DNA from: a bacterium
GTDB taxonomy: Bacteria; Zhuqueibacterota; Zhuqueibacteria; Oceanimicrobiales; Oceanimicrobiaceae
NCBI GenBank assembly: GCA_046757525.1
Contig: JBHHYI010000125.1
Coordinates: 1 to 12,073 of the forward strand
DNA length: 12,073 nt
Direction of reading: 5' to 3'
Shown: positions 1 to 7,406 of the stretch, one piece after another
How positions within the stretch are numbered: the stretch's first letter is position 1
Layout: every line of letters starts with the position of its first letter
Translations under genes and position numbers: made by a program
The notes under the pieces: generated by a model
Told to the model about the DNA's origin: nothing
Databases searched by the model: none
The model's input: only the letters and a program-made list of their open reading frames with translations

Positions 1-141
1 AATTTTTGTTATTTTAAGTTGAGCTGAGCGGGCCGGAACCGAAAAGCAAAAGACGCGCGCCCATGTGTACAAAAGCCCAGTAACTTGAGAATCGTCCATT
101 CCGAGAAAACCCGAAATCCGTCGTTTTTGTGGAACCACAAA

Positions 142-1374
142 ATGAATGAAAGTATCGACCAGGAATTGCTGAATGGCACCGAACCGGTCATCATGCTGGT
201 AGACGATGAGGAGATGGTGCTGCAGAGTTTGTCCTCCTATCTCAAATTAGAGACCGACTACCAGGTCCTGACCTTCAAGTCGCCCTCTGAAGCGCTTAAA
301 GCGCTCAAGCGCACCAAAGTGGACCTGGTGATTTCCGATTTCTTGATGCCGGAGATGAATGGCCTGGAATTCCTGGCCCAGGTGAAGGCCATGTATCCGG
401 AGGTGTCTCGCATCTTGTTGACCGGTTACGCTGATAAGGAAAATGCCATCAAGGCCATCAATGAAGTCGGCCTGTTCCAGTATATCGAAAAACCGTGGGA
501 CAACGACAGCTTGAAGCTGATCATACGCAACGGCATCACCAACAAGAGCCTAAAGGAGATTTTAGAGCAAAAAATTCGGGATTTAGACCAGGTGCTCCTG
601 GAGCGGGACGGTCTGGCCCTGCACAACGAAACCATCAAACAAGAGCTGACACTGGCTCAAAAAGTGCAGGAAAGCTTGCTGCCGCACGAACTGCCCGACT
701 TCAACGGGATCACTTTGATGGCCAAGTATCAGCCAGCGCTGGAGATTGGCGGCGATTTTTACGATATCGTTCCCCTGGCCCATGACCGCGTGGCGGTGTT
801 GCTGGCCGACGTCACTGGCCACGGAATTCAAGCGGCGCTAAGCACCATGCTGATAAAATCCGCAATCACAGCTTTCAACGATTGCGACGCTACCCCCGGA
901 GAAATTCTTTCTCACATGAACGCTGTGCTGTACAACAGCCTGCCGCCGGGCACCTTTGTCGCTGCTCTGGCCATTGTTTTGGACCCTGCAACAAATTCTT
1001 GTCGCCTGGTCAATGGCGGCATCCCCTATCCCTATCTCGTGCGCCGAAAAACCTGTGAGGTAGAGCTCATCCCGGTGAATGGCCTCTTGCTTGGCGTCAG
1101 CGACGCGGCGTTGTACCAGCCGGGCCAGGAAAGGCGCGTGGAACTGCGGGAGGGTGATTGTCTGGTCACTTTTACCGACGGCATTACCGAGGCAGAAAAT
1201 GAGGCCACCGAGCACTTTGAATACCGAGCCATGCACAAGGCCCTGTTAGACTACTGCAACAAGTCTGGACAGGAATTCCTGGAACACCTCCTCGATGCTG
1301 CCAGAAAATTCAGCAAATCCGGACATCGCTGGGACGACGTTACCATTCTCACAGTCGAGCGAAAGTCAAAATGA
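142..1374 (+). CDS. Response regulator receiver domain fused to PP2C/SpoIIE (RsbU-like) serine phosphatase, 410 aa
   Basis: Receiver motifs VDDE, ISDFLMP (phospho-Asp), LTGY and EKPW, then a helical linker, then intact PP2C motifs GGDFYD, ADVTGHG, FTDGITE and DDVTIL. ATG at 142 is preferred to the TTG at 85 because the upstream 19 codons match no domain. Confidence 0.93.
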   Translation: MNESIDQELLNGTEPVIMLVDDEEMVLQSLSSYLKLETDYQVLTFKSPSEALKALKRTKVDLVISDFLMPEMNGLEFLAQVKAMYPEVSRILLTGYADKENAIKAINEVGLFQYIEKPWDNDSLKLIIRNGITNKSLKEILEQKIRDLDQVLLERDGLALHNETIKQELTLAQKVQESLLPHELPDFNGITLMAKYQPALEIGGDFYDIVPLAHDRVAVLLADVTGHGIQAALSTMLIKSAITAFNDCDATPGEILSHMNAVLYNSLPPGTFVAALAIVLDPATNSCRLVNGGIPYPYLVRRKTCEVELIPVNGLLLGVSDAALYQPGQERRVELREGDCLVTFTDGITEAENEATEHFEYRAMHKALLDYCNKSGQEFLEHLLDAARKFSKSGHRWDDVTILTVERKSK

Positions 1375-1443
1375 GCGACCCGCACCCGGAGCGCTTCGCC
1401 TGAGGTGACCTGTCCGCCCGCCCCCGACCAATTTCTTTCCACC

Positions 1444-1480
1444 TGTGGCAAAAAAACAACAGTTGTGGTTTAATAGCACG
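1444..1480. promoter_or_regulatory. Candidate tandem enhancer (bEBP-binding) sites
   Basis: TGTGGCAAAAAAACAACA (1444-1461, TGT-N12-ACA) and TGTGGTTTAATAGCACG (1464-1480) start 20 bp apart, about 110-125 bp upstream of the candidate -24 element. Confidence 0.35.
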
Positions 1481-1569
1481 TCCTGGAATCCACGAACGTC
1501 CGGACCAATCAATTGTTAACCGGCTGTTATTTAGATAATTGTTGCCACGTTAATCAAGAATCAAAACTT

Positions 1570-1585
1570 TGGCCCGAATATTGAA
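1570..1585 (+). promoter_or_regulatory. Candidate sigma-54 (-24/-12) promoter for the lipoprotein gene
   Basis: TGGCCCGAATATTGAA compared with consensus TGGCACG-N4-TTGCW: GG at 1571-1572, exactly 10 nt, then GA instead of GC. It lies about 70 nt upstream of the ATG at 1658. Confidence 0.6.
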
Positions 1586-1657
1586 TAGGAATGTTGCCGT
1601 AAATTATTAGCGACCTGCTTGGGTCCCCCTTTAACCAAAAAGAAAGGAGTCTTGATT

Positions 1658-3121
1658 ATGAGACAACGATTCAATCTACGCTGGTCTTCCTTCTTCATTC
1701 TCACGCTTTGGCTCTTGTACGCCCTGGGCTGCTCCTCCGACAGTCCGGTTGCGCCGGAGAATGGCGGCACCGAGGTGAACGCGACGGTCCAAAAAGTCAG
1801 CGCCAATGGGGCTGACATCTACAGCACGGTGTCGTCGTTTAAGCAGGTGAGCGATCTGATGCAAGGCCCGGAGTCTTTTGCGGATTTGGAAATACCGGAA
1901 GTCCAAAATCCAGGCGCTGCTATGAACTTCGCGAAATCGATTATGACAAGGTCGTTCGACACCCTCAAAAGCCACGGGGAACTGCTCACCAAAACCCAGG
2001 GCGTGCTGTCCGATTCGGTCATCTGGGACATCACCGAACGGGACGACAAGAAAGGTGTCACCATCCGGAGCAGCTTGATTTACGATCCGGAAACCGGCAA
2101 GGCCCGCCTCTTTTTCGTGGAATTCAACTTTCGCGACAGTCACCCCCTGGACTATGATTCCACCGAAATCGCTGTGGATCTCAATTTTACCATTTTTGAC
2201 GATACCGACGATGTCCTGCTGTCGTTGGTCAACTTGAAGAGGTACAAGCCGGATCGTTTGATTGCTGAAGAGATGGGCAGCTTTGTCCCGGATCCCTACC
2301 CGCCCGGAACCGAACCCACTGGCGGCGTGCTAACCAGCGACATCACCTACTCCAGCACCAGCTTCATCGAGAGCACCCATGCCCAATTGGAGTACCACGA
2401 AGGCGTTGGCGGCAGCTATTCCAAGGAGGTCAAATTCTCCGACGGAACCAGTCACAGCGAATCGGTGACGTTTGACGAAAACGGCAACGGCACCTTTAGC
2501 GAGAATCGTCGCGATGGCACCAGCATCGAAGGCACGTTCGACAGCGCCGACAACGACGGCCAGGGCAGCTTCTCCAAAACCACCACGTTTCCTGACGGGC
2601 ACGACCCGGTCTCGATTTCTGAAAGCGGCAATTTCACCATCAATGCGGCAGATTCCACCTTGAACGGCACTTTTGACAAAGAGGTCAAGTTCAAAGACGG
2701 CAGCAACCGCAAAGAAAGCGTGACGGTCACTCAAACCGTGGTCGGCGATGTGAAAACCACGACCATCGAAGTGGAAAGCACCGACGGCGGCAGCGGATCC
2801 ATTACGGTCATCGAAACGCCGGATGTGGATCAAATCTCCGGGCAGTGGACCAATCCCGACCAGACCTATCTGGTTTTCTCAGCAGAGTATTACCCGGACG
2901 GCAGCGCCCATTTTGAGTTCAAACTGTACGAATCGCTGGTCGCTTTCCAGAATGGTGCAGACCCCATTGCCAGCGGCGAATTCGATTACTTCCCGGACGG
3001 CTCCGGCCACGGCACGGTCACCGAAGGCGACCAAACCTATGATGTCACCATCAACCCGGACGGCTCCATGACGGTGAAAGATGCGGCAGGTGGTGTAGCC
3101 AAGACCGGACTCTGGCGTTAA
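1658..3121 (+). CDS. Uncharacterised acidic, beta-rich lipoprotein, 487 aa
   Basis: RBS AAGGAG at 1644-1649 and ATG at 1658. Signal peptide MRQRFNLRWSSFFILTLWLLYALG/C with lipobox ALGC, followed by SSDSPVAP. The Asp/Thr/Ser/Gly-rich C-terminal half has recurring DG[ST] turns. Confidence 0.88.
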   Translation: MRQRFNLRWSSFFILTLWLLYALGCSSDSPVAPENGGTEVNATVQKVSANGADIYSTVSSFKQVSDLMQGPESFADLEIPEVQNPGAAMNFAKSIMTRSFDTLKSHGELLTKTQGVLSDSVIWDITERDDKKGVTIRSSLIYDPETGKARLFFVEFNFRDSHPLDYDSTEIAVDLNFTIFDDTDDVLLSLVNLKRYKPDRLIAEEMGSFVPDPYPPGTEPTGGVLTSDITYSSTSFIESTHAQLEYHEGVGGSYSKEVKFSDGTSHSESVTFDENGNGTFSENRRDGTSIEGTFDSADNDGQGSFSKTTTFPDGHDPVSISESGNFTINAADSTLNGTFDKEVKFKDGSNRKESVTVTQTVVGDVKTTTIEVESTDGGSGSITVIETPDVDQISGQWTNPDQTYLVFSAEYYPDGSAHFEFKLYESLVAFQNGADPIASGEFDYFPDGSGHGTVTEGDQTYDVTINPDGSMTVKDAAGGVAKTGLWR

Positions 3122-3162
3122 TCGAAGAAAGATTTTTCACCAGAGACGATCTACGAATATTC

Positions 3163-3220
3163 ACCGCAGAGGCGCTGTTGTACTCTTACAATGGTTCGTG
3201 CTTCCTGGCGCCTCTGCGGT
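3163..3220. repeat. 13-bp perfect inverted repeat (REP/MITE-like hairpin) after the lipoprotein gene
   Basis: ACCGCAGAGGCGC (3163-3175) / GCGCCTCTGCGGT (3208-3220) with a 32-nt spacer. There is no proper U-tract, so it is not a canonical intrinsic terminator. Confidence 0.8.
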
Positions 3221-3253
3221 TATGAATTTGGGTAACCTCGACCCTTATTCCTC

Positions 3254-3281
3254 TTGCACATGTAAGAATTTTTACTAAATT
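3254..3281 (+). promoter_or_regulatory. Possible sigma-70 promoter
   Basis: TTGCAC-N16-TAAATT in AT-rich DNA upstream of the repeat nest and the Omp85 operon. Confidence 0.3.
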
Positions 3282-3459
3282 TACTTTGTACTACCACTCG
3301 GAACTTGCACAAAAATGCAAAGTTTTTCAAGAAGTGCCAAAACACTCACGCCACTGATTCTCACGGATTGACGCGGATAAAATGAGTTTAGAATACTAAA
3401 GTGGAAGGGACATCTAAAGTAGGCCTAAGATGTTCAGTAATTTAGTCCAATGTTCTTAT

Positions 3460-3626
3460 GGTTATCCATTTAGCTCAGCATCACGTTTTGATGTCATTCC
3501 GACCGAAGGGAGGAATCTGGTTTCCCACAAAATTGCGAGTTATTAGTCTTGACCAGATTTCTCATCAGGCATTCGCCTGATTCGAAATGACAAAATGAGT
3601 TATTTTGCTGAGTAAACTGGATAACC
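3460..3626. mobile_element. 167-bp MITE with 21-bp terminal inverted repeats and a 15-bp target-site duplication
   Basis: TIRs GGTTATCCATTTAGCTCAGCA (3460-3480) / TGCTGAGTAAACTGGATAACC (3606-3626). Directly flanked by GTCCAATGTTCTTAT (3445-3459) and GTCCAATGTTGTTAT (3627-3641), 14/15 identical. No coding capacity. Confidence 0.85.
3492..3592. repeat. REP-like branched palindrome inside the MITE
   Basis: TGTCATTCCGA (3492-3502) / TCGAAATGACA (3582-3592) and GAGGAATCTGGT (3510-3521) / ACCAGATTTCTC (3552-3563). Side hairpins CC-GAA-GG (3503-3509) and ATCAGGC-ATTC-GCCTGAT (3564-3581). Confidence 0.8.
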
Positions 3627-3785
3627 GTCCAATGTTGTTATTCGAAAGAATATTTCAAAACCATTGCTCTGGTTATGAATTACAATAGAGAAAAGTCGAA
3701 ATCAACATGCTTTGAGTTGTCATCCGTGTTAGATCGGTGTGAATCCGTGGCCAATAATTTCGCGACTTGCCGCACTATGCACCGA

Positions 3786-5144
3786 ATGAGATTCACAGTA
3801 CCTGTCTTAATCCGTGCGGTCACGGCCGCCTGCCTGTTTCTTGCTCTGTGCGCGCTTCCCGGCCCGGCATCGGCTCAAGTTCAAAACAGAAGTCGGCAAT
3901 TGACCATCGAACGCATCGAGATTCAAGGCAACACCAAGACCAGCCGTGAAGTCATATTTCGCTACCTGTCCATTAAGCCCGGCGATGCCATCAATCCTGT
4001 GGTGCTAGAGGCGAACCGGAGGCGCCTGGACCAAACCAATTTTTTCAAAGAAGTGGACATCTACACCCGGCCCGGTTCCGTCAAAGGCACCGTGGTGGTG
4101 GTGGTCGAGATCAAAGAAAGACACTGGCCCTATTTCCAATTCGAAGGCGGTCACAGCGACCTGAGCGGTTGGTACTTTGTGCCGGTGAGTTTCCGCTTCG
4201 ACAATCTTTTCGGCAAGGGCAATTTCATCGGTCTAAAACTGATGTTGGGCGACCGCATCTCCAAGCTCTCCATCGGGTACCGCAATCCTAATCTGTTTGA
4301 CGACCAGGGTTTTCTGGATGTGGAGCTGTTCGCGGGCAGTCAGGAATTCATTCATTACTTTGGCCGGGATCGTGCCAGCCAAATGTCTGATTGGGGGGGG
4401 CTTCGATTTACCGTGGGTGGCAACCACGGCATTTTTCAATACCTCAACTTTTCTTATCGCATTGAGACCTTTACGCCCGACTTAACGGCTGATTTCACTA
4501 ACCGGGATTCGACCCTCACCGATTTTCCCAACGACATTGCCGACGATTTGCCCAAGACCCAAATCGGTGCTTTCTCCCTGATTCTCAACGCTGACCTGCG
4601 CGACAATCCAGTTTATCCGCTCAAGGGATTCTGGGGCGCGTTGTCTGTGGAACTGGCGCACGACCAGGTGGGCAGCGATAGAAATTTTTCCAAGTTTACC
4701 TTTGACGGCAGATTCTACCAAAAGTTCTTCAGAAGGAATGTGTTCGCCTTCCATTTGAAAGGGGGCTATATCCGCAAGCAGGCGCCCTTTTATGAACGCT
4801 TTTTTCTCGGTGGCGCCAACTCGCTGCGTGGCTATCCGGACCGGCGCTTGACGCCGGTGGGCTACGGCACCAAATTGATTCTCACCAATACGGAGATCCG
4901 CTTCCCACTTTCCAGCCGGAATTTTCCGTACCACAGGGCCTCGGGCGTGCTGTTCTTCGACGCGGGTGGCCTCTGGTTGCCAGGCCAAACTCCGAGGATC
5001 GAAGACATTTTTGCTTCCGTCGGTTTCGGCTATCGCATCAAGCTGCCGATTGTGGGAATCACCAGATTTGACTTTGCCTTTCCGTTAAACAGAGTGGACG
5101 AAAACGATTTTCAATTTCATATTTCCCTGGGGCATACTTTTTGA
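3786..5144 (+). CDS. Omp85-superfamily (BamA/TamA-like) outer membrane protein with a single POTRA domain, about 452 aa
   Basis: Signal peptide ending ASA/Q. POTRA motif IERIEIQGNTKT...LDQTNFF...VVVEIKER, barrel start DNLFGKG, DLRDNPVYPLKG, ERFFLGGANSLRGY (L6 motif) and a C-terminal beta-signal ISLGHTF. Start is 3786 or 3777; the 3675 start runs through a repeat arm. Confidence 0.92.
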   Translation: MRFTVPVLIRAVTAACLFLALCALPGPASAQVQNRSRQLTIERIEIQGNTKTSREVIFRYLSIKPGDAINPVVLEANRRRLDQTNFFKEVDIYTRPGSVKGTVVVVVEIKERHWPYFQFEGGHSDLSGWYFVPVSFRFDNLFGKGNFIGLKLMLGDRISKLSIGYRNPNLFDDQGFLDVELFAGSQEFIHYFGRDRASQMSDWGGLRFTVGGNHGIFQYLNFSYRIETFTPDLTADFTNRDSTLTDFPNDIADDLPKTQIGAFSLILNADLRDNPVYPLKGFWGALSVELAHDQVGSDRNFSKFTFDGRFYQKFFRRNVFAFHLKGGYIRKQAPFYERFFLGGANSLRGYPDRRLTPVGYGTKLILTNTEIRFPLSSRNFPYHRASGVLFFDAGGLWLPGQTPRIEDIFASVGFGYRIKLPIVGITRFDFAFPLNRVDENDFQFHISLGHTF

Positions 5145-5815
5145 AACGAATTGCTAAAGGTTTATTTCAATTCCCAACAATTCTGATCTCCTTTCTTGCT
5201 GGTCCGCTGCTCGCTCATACGGGCAACGGGGGAGACATTCGCATCGATCAGATTCAGCCGGCCATCGTCAACACCAAGTTGGCGGTGTCAGCCCGGTTTC
5301 ACAATCTGTTTTCACCCAGAATTGTGGGCACCATTCAAAGCGGCTTGCCATCGGTGGTCAAGATCGACATCAAGCTGCTGGACGCGCGCAAAAAAAATGT
5401 CTGGCACAAAAAAGTGGTTCACTCCATTTCCTACAACATCTGGGAAGAGCGCTACTTCATTCGCGACAGCGACAGCACCCAAACCTACACCAGTCTGGAC
5501 ACCCTGAAACGGTGCGCCAGCCGCCTGAACCGTGAGCTGCTACTGCCGGTTGCCAGGCTAAGCCGCTTCACTTCCTACTTCATCAAGATGCGCGTGGAAA
5601 TCGTACCCATCTCGGTCAGCCAGGGCGAAAAGGTTGCCGATTGGCTGTCCAACCCCAACCAGACCGAGGAAAGCCTGGCCTCCCAGGAGCGCTCCAGTGG
5701 CTTCAAAGTCAATCTCAGCAAGCTCGTCTCTTTTTTTGTCGAACGGAAAAAGCCGTCCCAATTCAGCTCCAGTTGGTTTTCCTCCAAGTTTTTCAAGATT
5801 GAGGATTTGAAATGA
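5141..5815 (+). CDS. DUF4390-like exported protein, 224 aa
   Basis: TTG start overlaps the Omp85 TGA by 4 nt. N-terminal signal-like segment. The pattern IQSGLP...SISYNIWEERYFI...YTSLDTL...YFIKMRVEI resembles DUF4390, a family typically found just upstream of NtrY/NtrX-like genes. Confidence 0.75.
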   Translation: MKRIAKGLFQFPTILISFLAGPLLAHTGNGGDIRIDQIQPAIVNTKLAVSARFHNLFSPRIVGTIQSGLPSVVKIDIKLLDARKKNVWHKKVVHSISYNIWEERYFIRDSDSTQTYTSLDTLKRCASRLNRELLLPVARLSRFTSYFIKMRVEIVPISVSQGEKVADWLSNPNQTEESLASQERSSGFKVNLSKLVSFFVERKKPSQFSSSWFSSKFFKIEDLK

Positions 5816-5863
5816 AGCTGCTCCAGCGTTGCCCTTGCAGAGGCGTCGAATCAGGTTAAGTGG

Positions 5864-7390
5864 ATGAAACGAATGCGCACAAAGCTGGTGTTGGCCTTCT
5901 TGGTCATCACGTTGCTGCCTGTGTTACCGTTGTTTTATTTGGTTGAAGGACTGTTGCAGCAAAGCCTGGAGATCGGTTTTAACAAGAAAGTCGAATCGGC
6001 GTTGGAACACGCGGCAAAGCTTTCCCGGGATCTGTACGCTGTCTACAAACAAGAGACTTTGCGAACCGCGGAAGCGCTGGCCGGCTCCAAACGAGTCATG
6101 CTGGCGCTGCAAAAACGGGATGGCTCATTACCTGAGCTAACCGAAATGCGGGACGCGCCGGGCATCGACAAGCTTGCCCTCTACGATTCCCACGGGCGCT
6201 TGGTCGTGGCCAAAACCAGACGACCACAACAGAGATTCCCGCAACTGTTTCAGACCCACCTGCGGCCTTTGGCACAGAAAAATGTGGCTGGATTTGTAGA
6301 AGGGGTGCTGGACCCAAAGTTCATTTCTGTGTTTGCCCCGGTTTTTGCGGGTCGAGAAAGGCTCGGGTTCCTCGTGGCGACCCGAGTGGTGGCGGACGAA
6401 TTCACCAGTGCGTCCGAACAGGTGGTTGAGGTGCACCAAATGTTCAAAACCCTGGATTTCGTGCGGGATGACTTGAAAAGAGGATTCTTGCTGGTCTTTT
6501 TTGTCGTCTACGCGCCCATCGCTGCCATCTCGGTGGCCGTTGGCTATTACTTTTCTCGCAGAATCACCTCGAGTTTGCTGCATCTGGTCAAAGGCACGCA
6601 AAAGGTCGCCGCCGGGGACTGGCAATACCGCCTGCAAGCTTCCTCCCGGGATGAAGTGGGACAACTGGTGGACGCCTTCAACCAGATGATTGTTACGCTC
6701 AAAGAGAAACAGGACCAGGTCATCGCCCTGGAAAAGATGGCCGCCTGGCGTGAAATCGCCAGAATTCTGGCCCATGAAATCAAGAATCCCTTGACGCCTA
6801 TTCAGCTCACAGTCCAGCAGATGCAGGACCAGTACCGCGGCAACGACCCTGAATACAAAAGTCTCCTGAAGGAATGCTCGGAAATTGTCAGCGAGGAAAT
6901 CGAAAGTTTGCGCACGTTGGTGCGGGAATTCTCGGAATTCGCGCGCATGCCCAAACTCAACCTGGCGCCCGGCAACCTCAATGAGCTCATCGAAGAAGTG
7001 GGCAAGCTGTTCCAAAGCAGCGAGCTGCAATGGACTCTGGAGCCGACCTTGCCCGACATGAATTTCGATTATGAGAAAATGCGCCGGGTACTGATCAACC
7101 TCATCCAAAACGGCATCGACAGCATGTCCGGCCAAACTGCGGCACCGGTTCGGGTGGAGACCCGCCACCAGGACAACCAGGTCCTGCTGTGCGTCTCCGA
7201 CTCCGGCACGGGCATCACAGAAGAGATGCAGGCAAAAATCTTTGAACCCTATTTTTCGACCAAGAAAAGCGGTATGGGTTTGGGCCTGGCCATCGTTAAG
7301 AGAATCGTAGAGGAACATGCCGGAGAGATTACCGTTGAAAGCATTGTGGGCCAGGGCACGACCTTTCAACTCATGTTTTCATTGACCTGA
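5864..7390 (+). CDS. NtrY-like membrane sensor histidine kinase (TM-periplasmic-TM-HAMP-HisKA-HATPase), 508 aa
   Basis: Two TM segments and a HAMP domain (SRDEVGQLVDAFNQM). NtrY-type H-box AAWREIARILAHEIKNPLTPIQL, N-box NLIQNG, G1 DSGTGI, F-box IFEPYFSTK and G2 GMGLGL. Confidence 0.95.
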   Translation: MKRMRTKLVLAFLVITLLPVLPLFYLVEGLLQQSLEIGFNKKVESALEHAAKLSRDLYAVYKQETLRTAEALAGSKRVMLALQKRDGSLPELTEMRDAPGIDKLALYDSHGRLVVAKTRRPQQRFPQLFQTHLRPLAQKNVAGFVEGVLDPKFISVFAPVFAGRERLGFLVATRVVADEFTSASEQVVEVHQMFKTLDFVRDDLKRGFLLVFFVVYAPIAAISVAVGYYFSRRITSSLLHLVKGTQKVAAGDWQYRLQASSRDEVGQLVDAFNQMIVTLKEKQDQVIALEKMAAWREIARILAHEIKNPLTPIQLTVQQMQDQYRGNDPEYKSLLKECSEIVSEEIESLRTLVREFSEFARMPKLNLAPGNLNELIEEVGKLFQSSELQWTLEPTLPDMNFDYEKMRRVLINLIQNGIDSMSGQTAAPVRVETRHQDNQVLLCVSDSGTGITEEMQAKIFEPYFSTKKSGMGLGLAIVKRIVEEHAGEITVESIVGQGTTFQLMFSLT

Positions 7391-7406
7391 ACTTTGTTTC
7401 CACGAG

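Larger units (their letters stand above)
3350..3751. repeat. Long imperfect inverted-repeat element with 9-10-nt periodic arms (outer layer of the nest)
   Basis: Left arm GCCACTGATTCTCACGGATTGACGCGGAT (3350-3378). The reverse complement of the right arm (3722-3751) is GCCACGGATTCACACCGATCTAACACGGAT, matching at 24 of 30 positions. Arms are built of CACGGAT-like units. Confidence 0.8.

Noticed and set aside
32..40. GCCGGAACC shared with 11783-11791; possible ECF -35 element or repeat end
   Set aside because: Only 9 bp, with no matching -10 element and no further similarity.
3350..3751. CRISPR array or tRNA interpretation of the intergenic repeats
   Set aside because: The repeats are inverted and nested, not regularly spaced direct repeats. 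There are no cas genes, and the 3492-3592 fold lacks tRNA D/T-loop motifs and a CCA end.
3675..3785. N-terminal extension of the Omp85 ORF from ATG 3675
   Set aside because: It runs through the right arm of the inverted repeat (3722-3751) and would bury the signal peptide; a start at 3777/3786 fits better.
5812..5859. 15-codon mini-ORF MKLLQRCPCRGVESG overlapping the DUF4390 stop
   Set aside because: Too short to support, and not in frame with the kinase. The kinase N-terminus looks complete, so no frameshift is needed.
6137..7369. 410-aa minus-strand ORF
   Set aside because: It lies entirely antisense to the well-supported histidine kinase and has no recognisable motifs; a typical shadow ORF.
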